This document shows, piece by piece, positions 9,035 through 17,669 of a stretch of 64,000 nucleotides of DNA (the first letter of the stretch is position 1; the number at the start of each line of letters is the position of its first letter). The translations under genes and the position numbers were made by a program. The notes beneath the pieces were generated by a model. It made no database searches. It worked only from the letters and a program-made list of their open reading frames with translations, and was not told where the DNA came from. Origin of the DNA: Candidatus Sumerlaeaceae bacterium (GTDB taxonomy: Bacteria > Sumerlaeota > Sumerlaeia > Sumerlaeales > Sumerlaeaceae); assembly GCA_051003195.1 (NCBI GenBank), contig JBPCLP010000008.1, positions 128,001 through 192,000 on the forward strand. The letters are read 5' to 3'.

Positions 9035-10477
9035 GTGAAGTGCCGTTTTGTCGTAATGATTACGTCGATTTTGGTGGTTGTGCCGGGAAGCATTGGCTTT
9101 TTGAAAGCGGCTGAAACGGAAAACGTTTCCGCTTTAGACAAAGCAGCTCTCCCAGCGAAGAAGTCCAGGCCTGCGAGCACGAAGGTGCAGTCCCCGCAAA
9201 AGCCGTCGCCCGCAACTGCGACGAAAGCTGCTACCGCAGGTGTCGCTGCAGCGGCTGCAGCGACACCTGCGGTTTTAAATCTTGGCGCGGTTCGCCCCGG
9301 CAACCTGGTCCTTCCCCAGCTCGCGATACAGTTTGCCGGCGGTGACATCGCCAATCGGGTGCAGTTTGATCTCACTCTGGCTGACATTGCAATTGCGCCA
9401 CTTCAGAACGATGCGGCTGCGGCCGCAGCTGAAAAAGATCGGCAGCAGGGTACTGGCGTCGACTACGACGGATGGACGGTTGCAAACGTAAGCTACGTAT
9501 TACGGGGTGTTCTCGCGGAGGGCTCCGCCCAGGCAGAACTCTTCGACATCGCCTCGCGCCGTCGGGTTTTTGGCCAAAGCTATACCGGCCCGGCCACACA
9601 GGACCAAGTGTCCCTGGCCCACCGCATCGCCGACGATGTAATCCACGCGATCACCGGACAGACCGGGATCTTCTCTTCGCAGATCGCTTATCTTGGAGAT
9701 TTCAACGGCGGTATCAAAGAAGTGATGGTGATCGACGCCGACGGCCAGCGCGCGCGTCAGCTCACCAACGAAAGATCTCTCGTCGCATCACCGGCGTGGG
9801 GTCGGGTCGGACAGGAAGTCTTTTTCACCTCCTACCGCGAAAACAATCCCGACTTGTACGGCATTACACTGGACGGCCGGCGATTTCAGGTTAGCCGACG
9901 TCCGGGCCTTAATACGGCTCCTTCCTGGAGTGATGCGGCGCAGCGCCTTGCAGTCGCGTTATCCAAGGACGGCAACTCGGAGATCTATACGATGGGCCCC
10001 GACGGGCGAAACCTCGCACGCCTCACACGAACCGGGGCCGATGTCTCTGACACTTCGCCCGACTGGAATGCGGACGGAACTCAAATTTCCTATACGTCTG
10101 ACGACACCGGCCAGCCGGGCATCTATGTTATGAATGCCGATGGTAGCGGAAACCGGCGCATCACCTCAGGAGGCTATTTCGATTCGGTATCCTGGAGTCC
10201 GGACGGCAAGCGTCTCGCGTATGTTGCCCGTGAAGGCGGCGCATTTAACGTGTACATGCTGGACCTTTCCACAAACGCGCCGGTCCGCCTGACGCAGAAC
10301 CAGGGGGATAACACAGATCCTTGCTGGGGTCCGGATTCACGGCACCTGGTTTTTGCGAGTACCCGCGGCACGGGCCGCAATATTTACATGATGCACACCG
10401 ACACTCGCGTAGCAAAGCCGCTGACCCGCGGCGGAAACTGCAGTTCACCAGTATGGGGACCCGCACGGAAGCAATAA
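9035..10477 (+). CDS. tolB: Tol-Pal system beta-propeller protein TolB
   Basis: Signal peptide; AHRIADDV...TGQTGIFSSQIAY; PD40 repeats (SPAW, APSWS, DGNSEIY, SWSPDGK). Confidence 0.9.
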   Translation: MKCRFVVMITSILVVVPGSIGFLKAAETENVSALDKAALPAKKSRPASTKVQSPQKPSPATATKAATAGVAAAAAATPAVLNLGAVRPGNLVLPQLAIQFAGGDIANRVQFDLTLADIAIAPLQNDAAAAAAEKDRQQGTGVDYDGWTVANVSYVLRGVLAEGSAQAELFDIASRRRVFGQSYTGPATQDQVSLAHRIADDVIHAITGQTGIFSSQIAYLGDFNGGIKEVMVIDADGQRARQLTNERSLVASPAWGRVGQEVFFTSYRENNPDLYGITLDGRRFQVSRRPGLNTAPSWSDAAQRLAVALSKDGNSEIYTMGPDGRNLARLTRTGADVSDTSPDWNADGTQISYTSDDTGQPGIYVMNADGSGNRRITSGGYFDSVSWSPDGKRLAYVAREGGAFNVYMLDLSTNAPVRLTQNQGDNTDPCWGPDSRHLVFASTRGTGRNIYMMHTDTRVAKPLTRGGNCSSPVWGPARKQ

Positions 10478-10529
10478 GCGCGAATAACCTTTGCGGTACA
10501 AAGTACTAGTTGCCGCAGAGGATATGCGA

Positions 10530-11381
10530 ATGAAAGTGGTTCGTGCGGCTGAAATGGGAATGTGTTTCGGCGTTCGGGATGCGTTGGAAATTGCCTCCCG
10601 GATTCAAAATCCGGCTCAGGTCACTATTTACGGAGAGCTGGTACACAACCCCGCGGTTTCAAAGCAACTGAGCGAACGCGGTTTCCAATTCCTGCCGGAG
10701 ACAGGTAGAGATGTAATTCCCTCCACGAGCGCGGTAATGGTGACTGCGCATGGCATCAGTGAGCGAACACGCTACGCAATCGAATCCTCTGGTAAGACAA
10801 TATTCGATACCACATGCCCACTGGTGCGCCGGGCCCATGACGCAGCACTCCGCTTACATGCTGCCGGCTATTTCGTCATTGTGATCGGTAGAGACGGACA
10901 TGTGGAAGTCACTGGTCTCACCGAGGACCTCAACCACTTCGTCATAATAAGTGACGTCACCCAGGCAGTGCCGCTGCCGTACGCGAAACTTGGAGTTATT
11001 TGCCAGACCACCACTCAGCCGACGCTTGCTCGCGAGATCATCGCCGCGATTCGCTTCAACAATCCAGATGCCGAGATTAAAGTGATTGATACGATCTGCC
11101 GGCCTACGCGCGAGCGGCAGGTCGCCATGCGCGAGCTTCTCCCGCTGGTGGATGCGGTTGTCGTCGTCGGTGGTACACATTCGAACAACACGCGTCAGCT
11201 CGCAACGATGGCGCAGCAGCACGGTGTTCCAGTTTGCCATGTCCAATCCGCAGCCGAACTGCGCGAGGAATGGTTCGCCGGGATGCAGACCATTGGGCTG
11301 ACTGCGGGCACGTCGACGTTGGACGCGACGATTGATGAAGTTGAGTTCGTTTTGGAAGCTATTGAGGCGGGCTGCTTTTGA
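10530..11381 (+). CDS. ispH: 4-hydroxy-3-methylbut-2-enyl diphosphate reductase
   Basis: GMCFGV, LVHN, AHG, DTTCPLV, HVEV, QTT, TICRPT.ERQ, SNN and GLTAGTST motifs. Confidence 0.96.
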   Translation: MKVVRAAEMGMCFGVRDALEIASRIQNPAQVTIYGELVHNPAVSKQLSERGFQFLPETGRDVIPSTSAVMVTAHGISERTRYAIESSGKTIFDTTCPLVRRAHDAALRLHAAGYFVIVIGRDGHVEVTGLTEDLNHFVIISDVTQAVPLPYAKLGVICQTTTQPTLAREIIAAIRFNNPDAEIKVIDTICRPTRERQVAMRELLPLVDAVVVVGGTHSNNTRQLATMAQQHGVPVCHVQSAAELREEWFAGMQTIGLTAGTSTLDATIDEVEFVLEAIEAGCF

Positions 11382-11382
11382 A

Positions 11383-11649
11383 CTACCAGTTACGCGACGG
11401 AGCACCAGGCTCGGCCTCTGGCACCAGCGACTCCAGCAGGTTGTTGGAGCAAGGGCGGTTCGTGAGCGGAAGTGTAAAAAGTGGTAACTTCACGCAGGGG
11501 ATCGCCAGTTTTGACGGTTCGTCGCGTCCGTCCTCCTGCTGTTGCTGAACCTGCGCAGCGCAGCCGGAAAACGTAAGGGCTATGCATCCAAGCACGCACC
11601 ATGTCCCCACCTGCCGCCAGCGCGGATCTACAAAACTGCGGTACAACAT
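11383..11649 (-). CDS. Small hypothetical lipoprotein
   Basis: Fills the intergenic gap; hydrophobic stretch ending in lipobox-like FSGC. Confidence 0.4.
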   Translation of the reverse strand: MLYRSFVDPRWRQVGTWCVLGCIALTFSGCAAQVQQQQEDGRDEPSKLAIPCVKLPLFTLPLTNRPCSNNLLESLVPEAEPGAPSRNW

Positions 11650-11775
11650 GACCGGACTCTCGCAAACGCGGAGCAAAGCTGTCCACTCGAAAGAGCCGAC
11701 CACGGTCGATTGCATTTAATGCATTGCAGCGCTTCTTAGCTTGAACGGCTGTCTCTTCACTTCAACTCAGTACCT

Positions 11776-12702
11776 ATGACTGAGGTGAGGTGTACCGAAA
11801 TCGCTTATGCGGGCTGGCCCCATTGCCTGCGGCTGAGCAATGGCAGCATGGAGCTCCTCGTAACAACGGACGTCGGACCGCGGATCCTGCGTTGCGGTTT
11901 TGCAGGGGATGCCAATCTGTTTTTTGAAGCCGAGTCGGATCTTGGAAGGACGGGTGGCGACACCTGGCGTCCCTACGGTGGTCACCGGCTCTGGCATGCG
12001 CCAGAGGCCGTTCCCCGTACGTATGCCCCAGACAACGCGCCGGTCGACCACTCGTGGGACGGGAAGGTGCTGTCGCTGCGTCAGCCCCCCGAGATCTCTA
12101 CCGGGATTTCGAAAGAGATTTGTGTGAGCATGTCTGCTGCAAGGGATCATGTGCGGGTGACGCATCGAATGACGAACAATAACCTGTGGGCGATCACCAC
12201 CGCTGCGTGGTGTCTGACCGTAGTGGCACCCGGAGGACGCGCCATGCTTCCGCAGGAACCATTCGTTCCGTTTCCCGAGAAGCTGCTCCCGGCACGACCA
12301 TTGGTGCTCTGGTCGTACACGAATATGGCAGATCCACGTTTTACATGGGGGCGCCGCTGCATTCAACTGTGGCAGCACCCCAACGCCACCGACTGCCAGA
12401 AAATAGGCCTGCTTAACAGCGCAGGCTGGGGCGCATACGAACTAAATGGCAGCGTGTTCCTGAAGCACGCTGCGTTTATCGACGGACAGGAGTATCCCGA
12501 CTTCGGATGTAACTGGGAGCTCTACACAAATCCTGCCATGCTGGAACTGGAAACGCTTAGTCCTTACACCACCATCGCGCCGGGCGAGACATTGGAGCAC
12601 ACGGAGAACTGGTGCGTTGCGCGCCTGGCTCTCGACTCTGACGAAGAGGCGATGGTGCAGCAGCTCCATTCACTCATGGAATTTCCAGCCGATAACCGCT
12701 AA
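11776..12702 (+). CDS. Conserved hypothetical protein (DUF4380-like, galactose-mutarotase-like fold)
   Basis: VTTDVGPRI, GGHRLWHAPE, YPDFGC and LELETLSP motifs. Confidence 0.7.
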   Translation: MTEVRCTEIAYAGWPHCLRLSNGSMELLVTTDVGPRILRCGFAGDANLFFEAESDLGRTGGDTWRPYGGHRLWHAPEAVPRTYAPDNAPVDHSWDGKVLSLRQPPEISTGISKEICVSMSAARDHVRVTHRMTNNNLWAITTAAWCLTVVAPGGRAMLPQEPFVPFPEKLLPARPLVLWSYTNMADPRFTWGRRCIQLWQHPNATDCQKIGLLNSAGWGAYELNGSVFLKHAAFIDGQEYPDFGCNWELYTNPAMLELETLSPYTTIAPGETLEHTENWCVARLALDSDEEAMVQQLHSLMEFPADNR

Positions 12703-15700
12703 GCCGCTGGCCTGCTGAAAGCGACAACTGGCCTGCCGATATAAACACAGGATCGAGCGCAGTGGAGTACTGTATTTCGTACACACCAGCAGGCAAATAC
12801 GGGATATTGAACTTGCCGGACGTGCCGGTGGTTCCGGTGCGGATGAGCAGATTGTATACAGCCGCGGGCAGGGGATTCGTTGCGGGGTCCGGGCGCAGAC
12901 GCACTTTCACACCCGGCGCCGCAGTTCCGGTTGGGCCCACGGCTATTCCGCCCAGGTAACTCGCTCCGAGTGGAAGACCGACGGTGTTTTCGCCCTTGGA
13001 AATTTCCACCTGTTCCCAGAACGCAAACGTTCCGCCAGCGCTTCCGGTCACCACGGCAATATAGGTTCCATGCGGGATGTTGCTGATGGTAAACAATGCG
13101 CCGCGCGCAGTCGCATCGTAATGAAGCTCCGGCATCACGCGGGCGTTTTCATCGAGTGGATAAAGTCGTATCATGCCGCTTTTCACGGCTGCTCCATCGG
13201 GCGGAACCAGGGTGCCCTGCACGGTTGCATCCAGTGCCAGCACAAAGTTGCGAAGTGTCGATTCGTCCTCACGAACTTCGACAAAAGCATACGCATAGAT
13301 GCTTCGCCCGCCCACTATTGCGCGTATTACTACGGTGCGTCTGCCGGGCGCAATGCCCCGCAAAAGATAATTTCCGCCAAGGTCCGTGCGCGAGGTATCA
13401 CGGCCGGTTTTTTCGTCGCGGATTATCACAGTCGCGCTGTACACCGGCCTGCCCTGTCCATCCACCACCTGCCCGTGCACTTCGCCTCCGGGTTGCATCT
13501 GCACCTCGCCAACATCGGTCGGCTGAGCGCGTGCCACAGCAACGCGAGCCAGCCGCAGGCTGCTGTACGACGGATGTTCAAATTCAAGTGTGTACTGCCC
13601 GGGGGCGGTCCCGCCGACATTAAATCTCCCGGAGTAATCCGTCTTTGCCGTGGACGTCACATTTGCCCGCACACGCGCAACCGGTCGAAAAATGCGATTG
13701 GGATCCAGGTCGGCGTTATAATCGAACCACGCATCCAGCCATTCCATAACGTCCTGACGTGAATAGGCACCGAGTTCCAGGCGGTTCACGGTTATCGTCT
13801 CTGGCCTGGCCGTATCGAGTACCCGGATGATGCAGTTGCTGACTGGATTGCCGGTTGTGGCGCTCACCACCGTGCCGACGATTCCGCTGGCGCTCTTAAG
13901 CCGCACTGTTGGCAGATCCGTATGTAACCCGGGCCCTACCACAATACTTTCGGAGCGATATAGTTCATATCCGTCCGCTCGTATTTCCAGCGTGTAAATT
14001 CCGCGTGGCACTTGAAGAACACGGAATTGACCGTGCGCGCTGGTCAAAGACCGCTCCATATTGAAACGGAAATCCTGCGGCGGGTTCGTGTCAGTCCTGG
14101 AGCGGAGAGCCAGCTTAAAGCGGTCCACCCGCTTTCCGTCATTCCCGATAATTTCTCCACGCAATGCGGGCTCTACATCACAGTCGATCGGCAGAGTCAG
14201 GACGCCTGATTTCACGCGGGGTGCGATGAATGTGTACTGTTGAACACCGTCGGGCGTCGTGAGAGGGAAACCTGCCTCAACCCTGAAGAAGCCCTGGCTA
14301 AGGCTTCCGATATTGAATTCGCCCTTTTTGTTCGTGACCGATGACGCGAATCCGGTGGCTTTCTCCAGCGGCGTTGCGCTCACTTTTGCACCCGCGATTG
14401 GCTTACCATGGAAGTCCCCCACCACGCCGGCAATCCTGGTCGCCGCCTGAAGTTTAAAATCGAACTTGTTAAGCAGTGCACCTTCTTTAATGGTGCCACT
14501 ACGCACCTGCGTTACATACTCCGGGCGCGACGCAGTGACTCGCATGCTTCCTGGCGTGCAATGTTCGAGCAGGTAGACGCCATCGGACCCGCTCTGGACA
14601 CTGAAGCCCGATGGCGACGGATCCCCAAGGAATTCGCGACTCTCGAAGATTATCTTCGCCTGGTTCAACGGCTTGCCGGCTGTGTCCATGATCTTGCCCA
14701 TGACGACGCCACCCGCGCTCAGCGTAATGTTCGTCAGCGCGTTGGGCCGATGAGCCGTGAGATCGATAAGTGTGCTGCGCCCCTTTGCATATCCGGGTTT
14801 TGAAGCGCTGCAATAGAGCTGCACCCGTTCCGAAAGCGGGAAGCCGCGGATGACAAACCGGCCGCCGCCATCCGTCATGGTGTGTAAGTCTTTGACGCTG
14901 AAACTGGAAAGCGTTGTCGAAGCGACGAACAATTGAACTTCGGCCTCCGCAAGGCCTTCGTGCTCCGCATTTCTCACGTAGCCTTCAACACTTCCGCCAC
15001 GGCTCATGGGAACGATGATCTGGTCCTGTCGTTCGCCGGGTTGGAGACTAACCGTCAGATTGGCGCCTCCGGCATCGGACGAAAGGTAGCCGTCGGCTTT
15101 TCCAACCAGCGAATGCGAACCGCCTGGCAGCCGCTCAAAAGAAAACTCTCCATCCTCATCGGCTGTAACCGTGAACGTTCGCGAGCGGATATTCAAGTAT
15201 CCGTAAGTCGCGTTTGCAGTGATCGTTGCTTTGCTTACAGGCAGGTCAGTTGCCGTGTCGATCGTTTTCCCCGCGATACGCAACGCTTCGTAAACCTCGA
15301 CCAGCACTCCAGTCGTCGCGCGATCCTTCACGGATGTCACGAGCGGACGGGGCTCGCTGACAAGATGGTCGTAGTCGACGCTGATTCTGTAGTGGCCATA
15401 GGGTAGATGCTCGAATTTCCAGTTTCCGTCCGCATTGCTCATTACCTGCGTCGTAAAAGTCGTGCCCTGGATAACGGCCTGTGCACCAAGCCGCACGTGC
15501 GCAGCAGTAGTCGGTCGATCGATGTACAGTGCTCGCCCGGAAATTTCTCCTCCGCGTTCGAGAACCCAGATCAGGTCGTGAGACTCGGCTGGTATGCGCT
15601 TAAAAACAGCAGTCGCGTAGGATGGGTGCTCCACCTGCACATCATAATTCGCACCGGCAAGGAGCTGCTTCAATGCGAATGCCCCCGTAGTGTCGCTGCT

Positions 15701-16636
15701 GGACGCCACACTAGCCGTTGTTATACGGTCGGCCTCGCCATAGTAGCGGTACGCCAAAATCTTTAACGTTGCGCTGGAGACCGGGGTTTGTTGTTCGTCG
15801 AAAATTCTCCCGGTGATCGCTGCAGGGCGGCGCAGCACGATTTCCAAAGGCTCTTTAGGCCCACCGGCCGGAACTTCAATGTCGTGCTGGACTGGTGCAT
15901 AACCCTCCAGCGAGAAAACAAACCGGTTTGGCCCCAGCGCAATATCGTCCATTAAAAACTCGCCGCGCTCGTCGGTCTCTTGTGGCGCATACGCGGCGTT
16001 ATTGACGTAAGTGGTTGCGCCGCTCGCAAGGTGCTCAAGCCGCCGCCTTTCCGCCGTGATTTGCACAGCGGACAAGGGTTGTCGCTCTTCATCAAGTATT
16101 CGCCCCTTCACGGTAGACCGGGCCGCCAGGATGATCCGAACTTCGGCGGCAGGACTGTTGGCCAATGCGATAATTCGTGTGACAAACCTCGCATACTGCG
16201 GATGCGAAACGCTTACTTCATAAGTACCCGGCGCCACTTGCGCTCCGACGCTACCTGAAGAGCCACTGCTGAGTTGCACCGCTTTGCCCGCAGCCGAGGC
16301 ATTCCTCAATTCAATGCGCGCATCTTTTACCGGAAGCTGCCGATCGTTGACGATCACCAGCTGAACCGCTGCATCGGATTCAGGTTTAGTAGCTTGTTTG
16401 GACTGCTGCCGGGGCGAAACAGATTTCTTTGATACCTGCCGGACCGGTGCACTCTTCCACAGGTCTGCGATTCGCGTACGGGTATTTCGCAACAGCCTCC
16501 CGGCAGTCGTCTGCTGTGGTTCGTCCTCAGAATCGGTCGGTACGCTGACCAGCCACCAGAAGGCGCACAGCAACAATACAGCTCCCGTAAGAATGAGCAG
16601 CGTGCGTGTGACACCGGATGGGACAAGTGCGCGCAT
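12674..16636 (-). CDS. Large membrane-anchored protein made of tandem carboxypeptidase-regulatory-like (transthyretin-like) domains
   Basis: N-terminal TM; many IxGxVxD..G.P...A...TD..G.F....L..G.Y......GY repeats over 1320 aa. Confidence 0.85.
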   Translation of the reverse strand: MRALVPSGVTRTLLILTGAVLLLCAFWWLVSVPTDSEDEPQQTTAGRLLRNTRTRIADLWKSAPVRQVSKKSVSPRQQSKQATKPESDAAVQLVIVNDRQLPVKDARIELRNASAAGKAVQLSSGSSGSVGAQVAPGTYEVSVSHPQYARFVTRIIALANSPAAEVRIILAARSTVKGRILDEERQPLSAVQITAERRRLEHLASGATTYVNNAAYAPQETDERGEFLMDDIALGPNRFVFSLEGYAPVQHDIEVPAGGPKEPLEIVLRRPAAITGRIFDEQQTPVSSATLKILAYRYYGEADRITTASVASSSDTTGAFALKQLLAGANYDVQVEHPSYATAVFKRIPAESHDLIWVLERGGEISGRALYIDRPTTAAHVRLGAQAVIQGTTFTTQVMSNADGNWKFEHLPYGHYRISVDYDHLVSEPRPLVTSVKDRATTGVLVEVYEALRIAGKTIDTATDLPVSKATITANATYGYLNIRSRTFTVTADEDGEFSFERLPGGSHSLVGKADGYLSSDAGGANLTVSLQPGERQDQIIVPMSRGGSVEGYVRNAEHEGLAEAEVQLFVASTTLSSFSVKDLHTMTDGGGRFVIRGFPLSERVQLYCSASKPGYAKGRSTLIDLTAHRPNALTNITLSAGGVVMGKIMDTAGKPLNQAKIIFESREFLGDPSPSGFSVQSGSDGVYLLEHCTPGSMRVTASRPEYVTQVRSGTIKEGALLNKFDFKLQAATRIAGVVGDFHGKPIAGAKVSATPLEKATGFASSVTNKKGEFNIGSLSQGFFRVEAGFPLTTPDGVQQYTFIAPRVKSGVLTLPIDCDVEPALRGEIIGNDGKRVDRFKLALRSRTDTNPPQDFRFNMERSLTSAHGQFRVLQVPRGIYTLEIRADGYELYRSESIVVGPGLHTDLPTVRLKSASGIVGTVVSATTGNPVSNCIIRVLDTARPETITVNRLELGAYSRQDVMEWLDAWFDYNADLDPNRIFRPVARVRANVTSTAKTDYSGRFNVGGTAPGQYTLEFEHPSYSSLRLARVAVARAQPTDVGEVQMQPGGEVHGQVVDGQGRPVYSATVIIRDEKTGRDTSRTDLGGNYLLRGIAPGRRTVVIRAIVGGRSIYAYAFVEVREDESTLRNFVLALDATVQGTLVPPDGAAVKSGMIRLYPLDENARVMPELHYDATARGALFTISNIPHGTYIAVVTGSAGGTFAFWEQVEISKGENTVGLPLGASYLGGIAVGPTGTAAPGVKVRLRPDPATNPLPAAVYNLLIRTGTTGTSGKFNIPYLPAGVYEIQYSTALDPVFISAGQLSLSAGQRLSGYRLEIP

Positions 16637-16745
16637 AGATCAAAGAGCGGATACCACCACCCACAGTGCGTTGTTTCCAGCATATAAGAAGAGTTGCGGT
16701 CCAAGAGACTCGACTCCGTCGGCTGCGCTCCTGCTAAATAAAAGA

Positions 16746-16769
16746 AACGCAGGCCAAACGGCCTGCGTT
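16746..16769 (-). terminator. Intrinsic terminator downstream of the csbD-like gene
   Basis: 10-bp stem AACGCAGGCC/GGCCTGCGTT with 4-nt loop, followed on the minus strand by TCTTTTATTT. Confidence 0.7.
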
Positions 16770-16793
16770 ATCACATGAAGCTTTAAAGTTCGA

Positions 16794-16892
16794 CCAGCGT
16801 GCCGAATCCGTAGTTCTTACCACCTCACAGGGCAGACTTGACCTCGATTCGGCACACTGAACAGATTACGAACTAACGGTCGACCTTACTAG
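16794..16892 (+). repeat. ~100-bp dispersed hairpin element, copy 2
   Basis: CCAG-CGTGCCGAATC...GATTCGGCACAC-TGAACAGATTACGAACTAACGG...CTAG; the terminal CTAG contains the csbD-like stop codon. Confidence 0.92.
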
Positions 16893-17071
16893 CGATCGAT
16901 CTCCTTCGCTATATTATGTTTAACGTCGCCAAACGTTTTCTGAACCTTGCCCTTCAGTTCCTGGCCGGCTCCCTCGTCCTGCTGGTCCAGGTCACCTGAG
17001 TTCCGCCCGGTCGACTGTTTTACTTTTCCGATGACTTCCTCAACCCGGCCTTTAATCTGGTCTTTGTTCAT
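16889..17071 (-). CDS. CsbD family general stress protein
   Basis: MNKDQIKGRVEEVIGKVKQSTG...EG...ELKGKVQKTFGDVK; GAAAGGCGG RBS-like sequence upstream. Confidence 0.88.
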   Translation of the reverse strand: MNKDQIKGRVEEVIGKVKQSTGRNSGDLDQQDEGAGQELKGKVQKTFGDVKHNIAKEIDR

Positions 17072-17159
17072 GGTTAGATTTCCGCCTTTCAATGTATGTA
17101 CCTCAGGCTTTTACTAACTCCACTTCCGTGCCAGCCCACACCGATAATTTCAAAATAAT

Positions 17160-17175
17160 TGGCACGATAATCGCA
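17160..17175 (+). promoter_or_regulatory. Putative sigma-54 (-24/-12) promoter for the DUF3309 gene
   Basis: TGGCACGATAATCGCA against consensus TGGCACG-N4-TTGCW, with GG-N10-GC spacing intact. Confidence 0.6.
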
Positions 17176-17239
17176 TTCAAAAGCGCCCGTGCGCAGTATG
17201 ACACATTTAGAAGGTTAGAAGGTTAACAAGGAGCGTAAT

Positions 17240-17398
17240 ATGAGCGTTGGAACAATCCTCCTCATCGTGCTGGTGCTGATACTGATCGGAGCAATCCCCG
17301 CGTGGCCGCATAGCCGCAGCTGGGGATACGCTCCCGGCGGCATCATCGGAGTGATCCTCGTGGTCGTCCTGATCCTGGTGCTGATGGGTCGTATTTAA
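17240..17398 (+). CDS. DUF3309 family small membrane protein (52 aa)
   Basis: Too short for the ORF track; AAGGAG RBS; MSVGTILLIVLVLILIGAIPAWPHSRSWGYAPGGIIGVILVVVLILVLMGRI. Confidence 0.92.
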   Translation: MSVGTILLIVLVLILIGAIPAWPHSRSWGYAPGGIIGVILVVVLILVLMGRI

Positions 17399-17444
17399 GG
17401 TAGTAAGTTTCGGGCAGGACTTCGTTCCCAGGCCTTGTCCGGGA

Positions 17445-17474
17445 GGCCCTGGAGCCTTGCGCTCTGGGGCTTTT
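17445..17474 (+). terminator. Intrinsic terminator after the DUF3309 gene
   Basis: GCCCTGGAGC/GCTCTGGGGC stem followed by TTTT. Confidence 0.6.
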
Positions 17475-17669
17475 GTGCGCATGCCGCTCCCTATGTTGAA
17501 CGTACGCGAGCGGCAGTGCGACAGTGGTGCAAAACCAGCAGATTAATGGCGGCGTATGGCAGAGCCTTGGGACATTCTACCTGCTCAGCGGTACAAACAG
17601 CGTGAAGCTCTCATGCTGGACAACGACCGGCTATGTAGTCATGGCAGACGCTATTCGCGTGGTCGCACG

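Noticed and set aside
12674..12702. 29-bp overlap of convergent gene ends
   Set aside because: Short 3' overlaps are common and uninformative.
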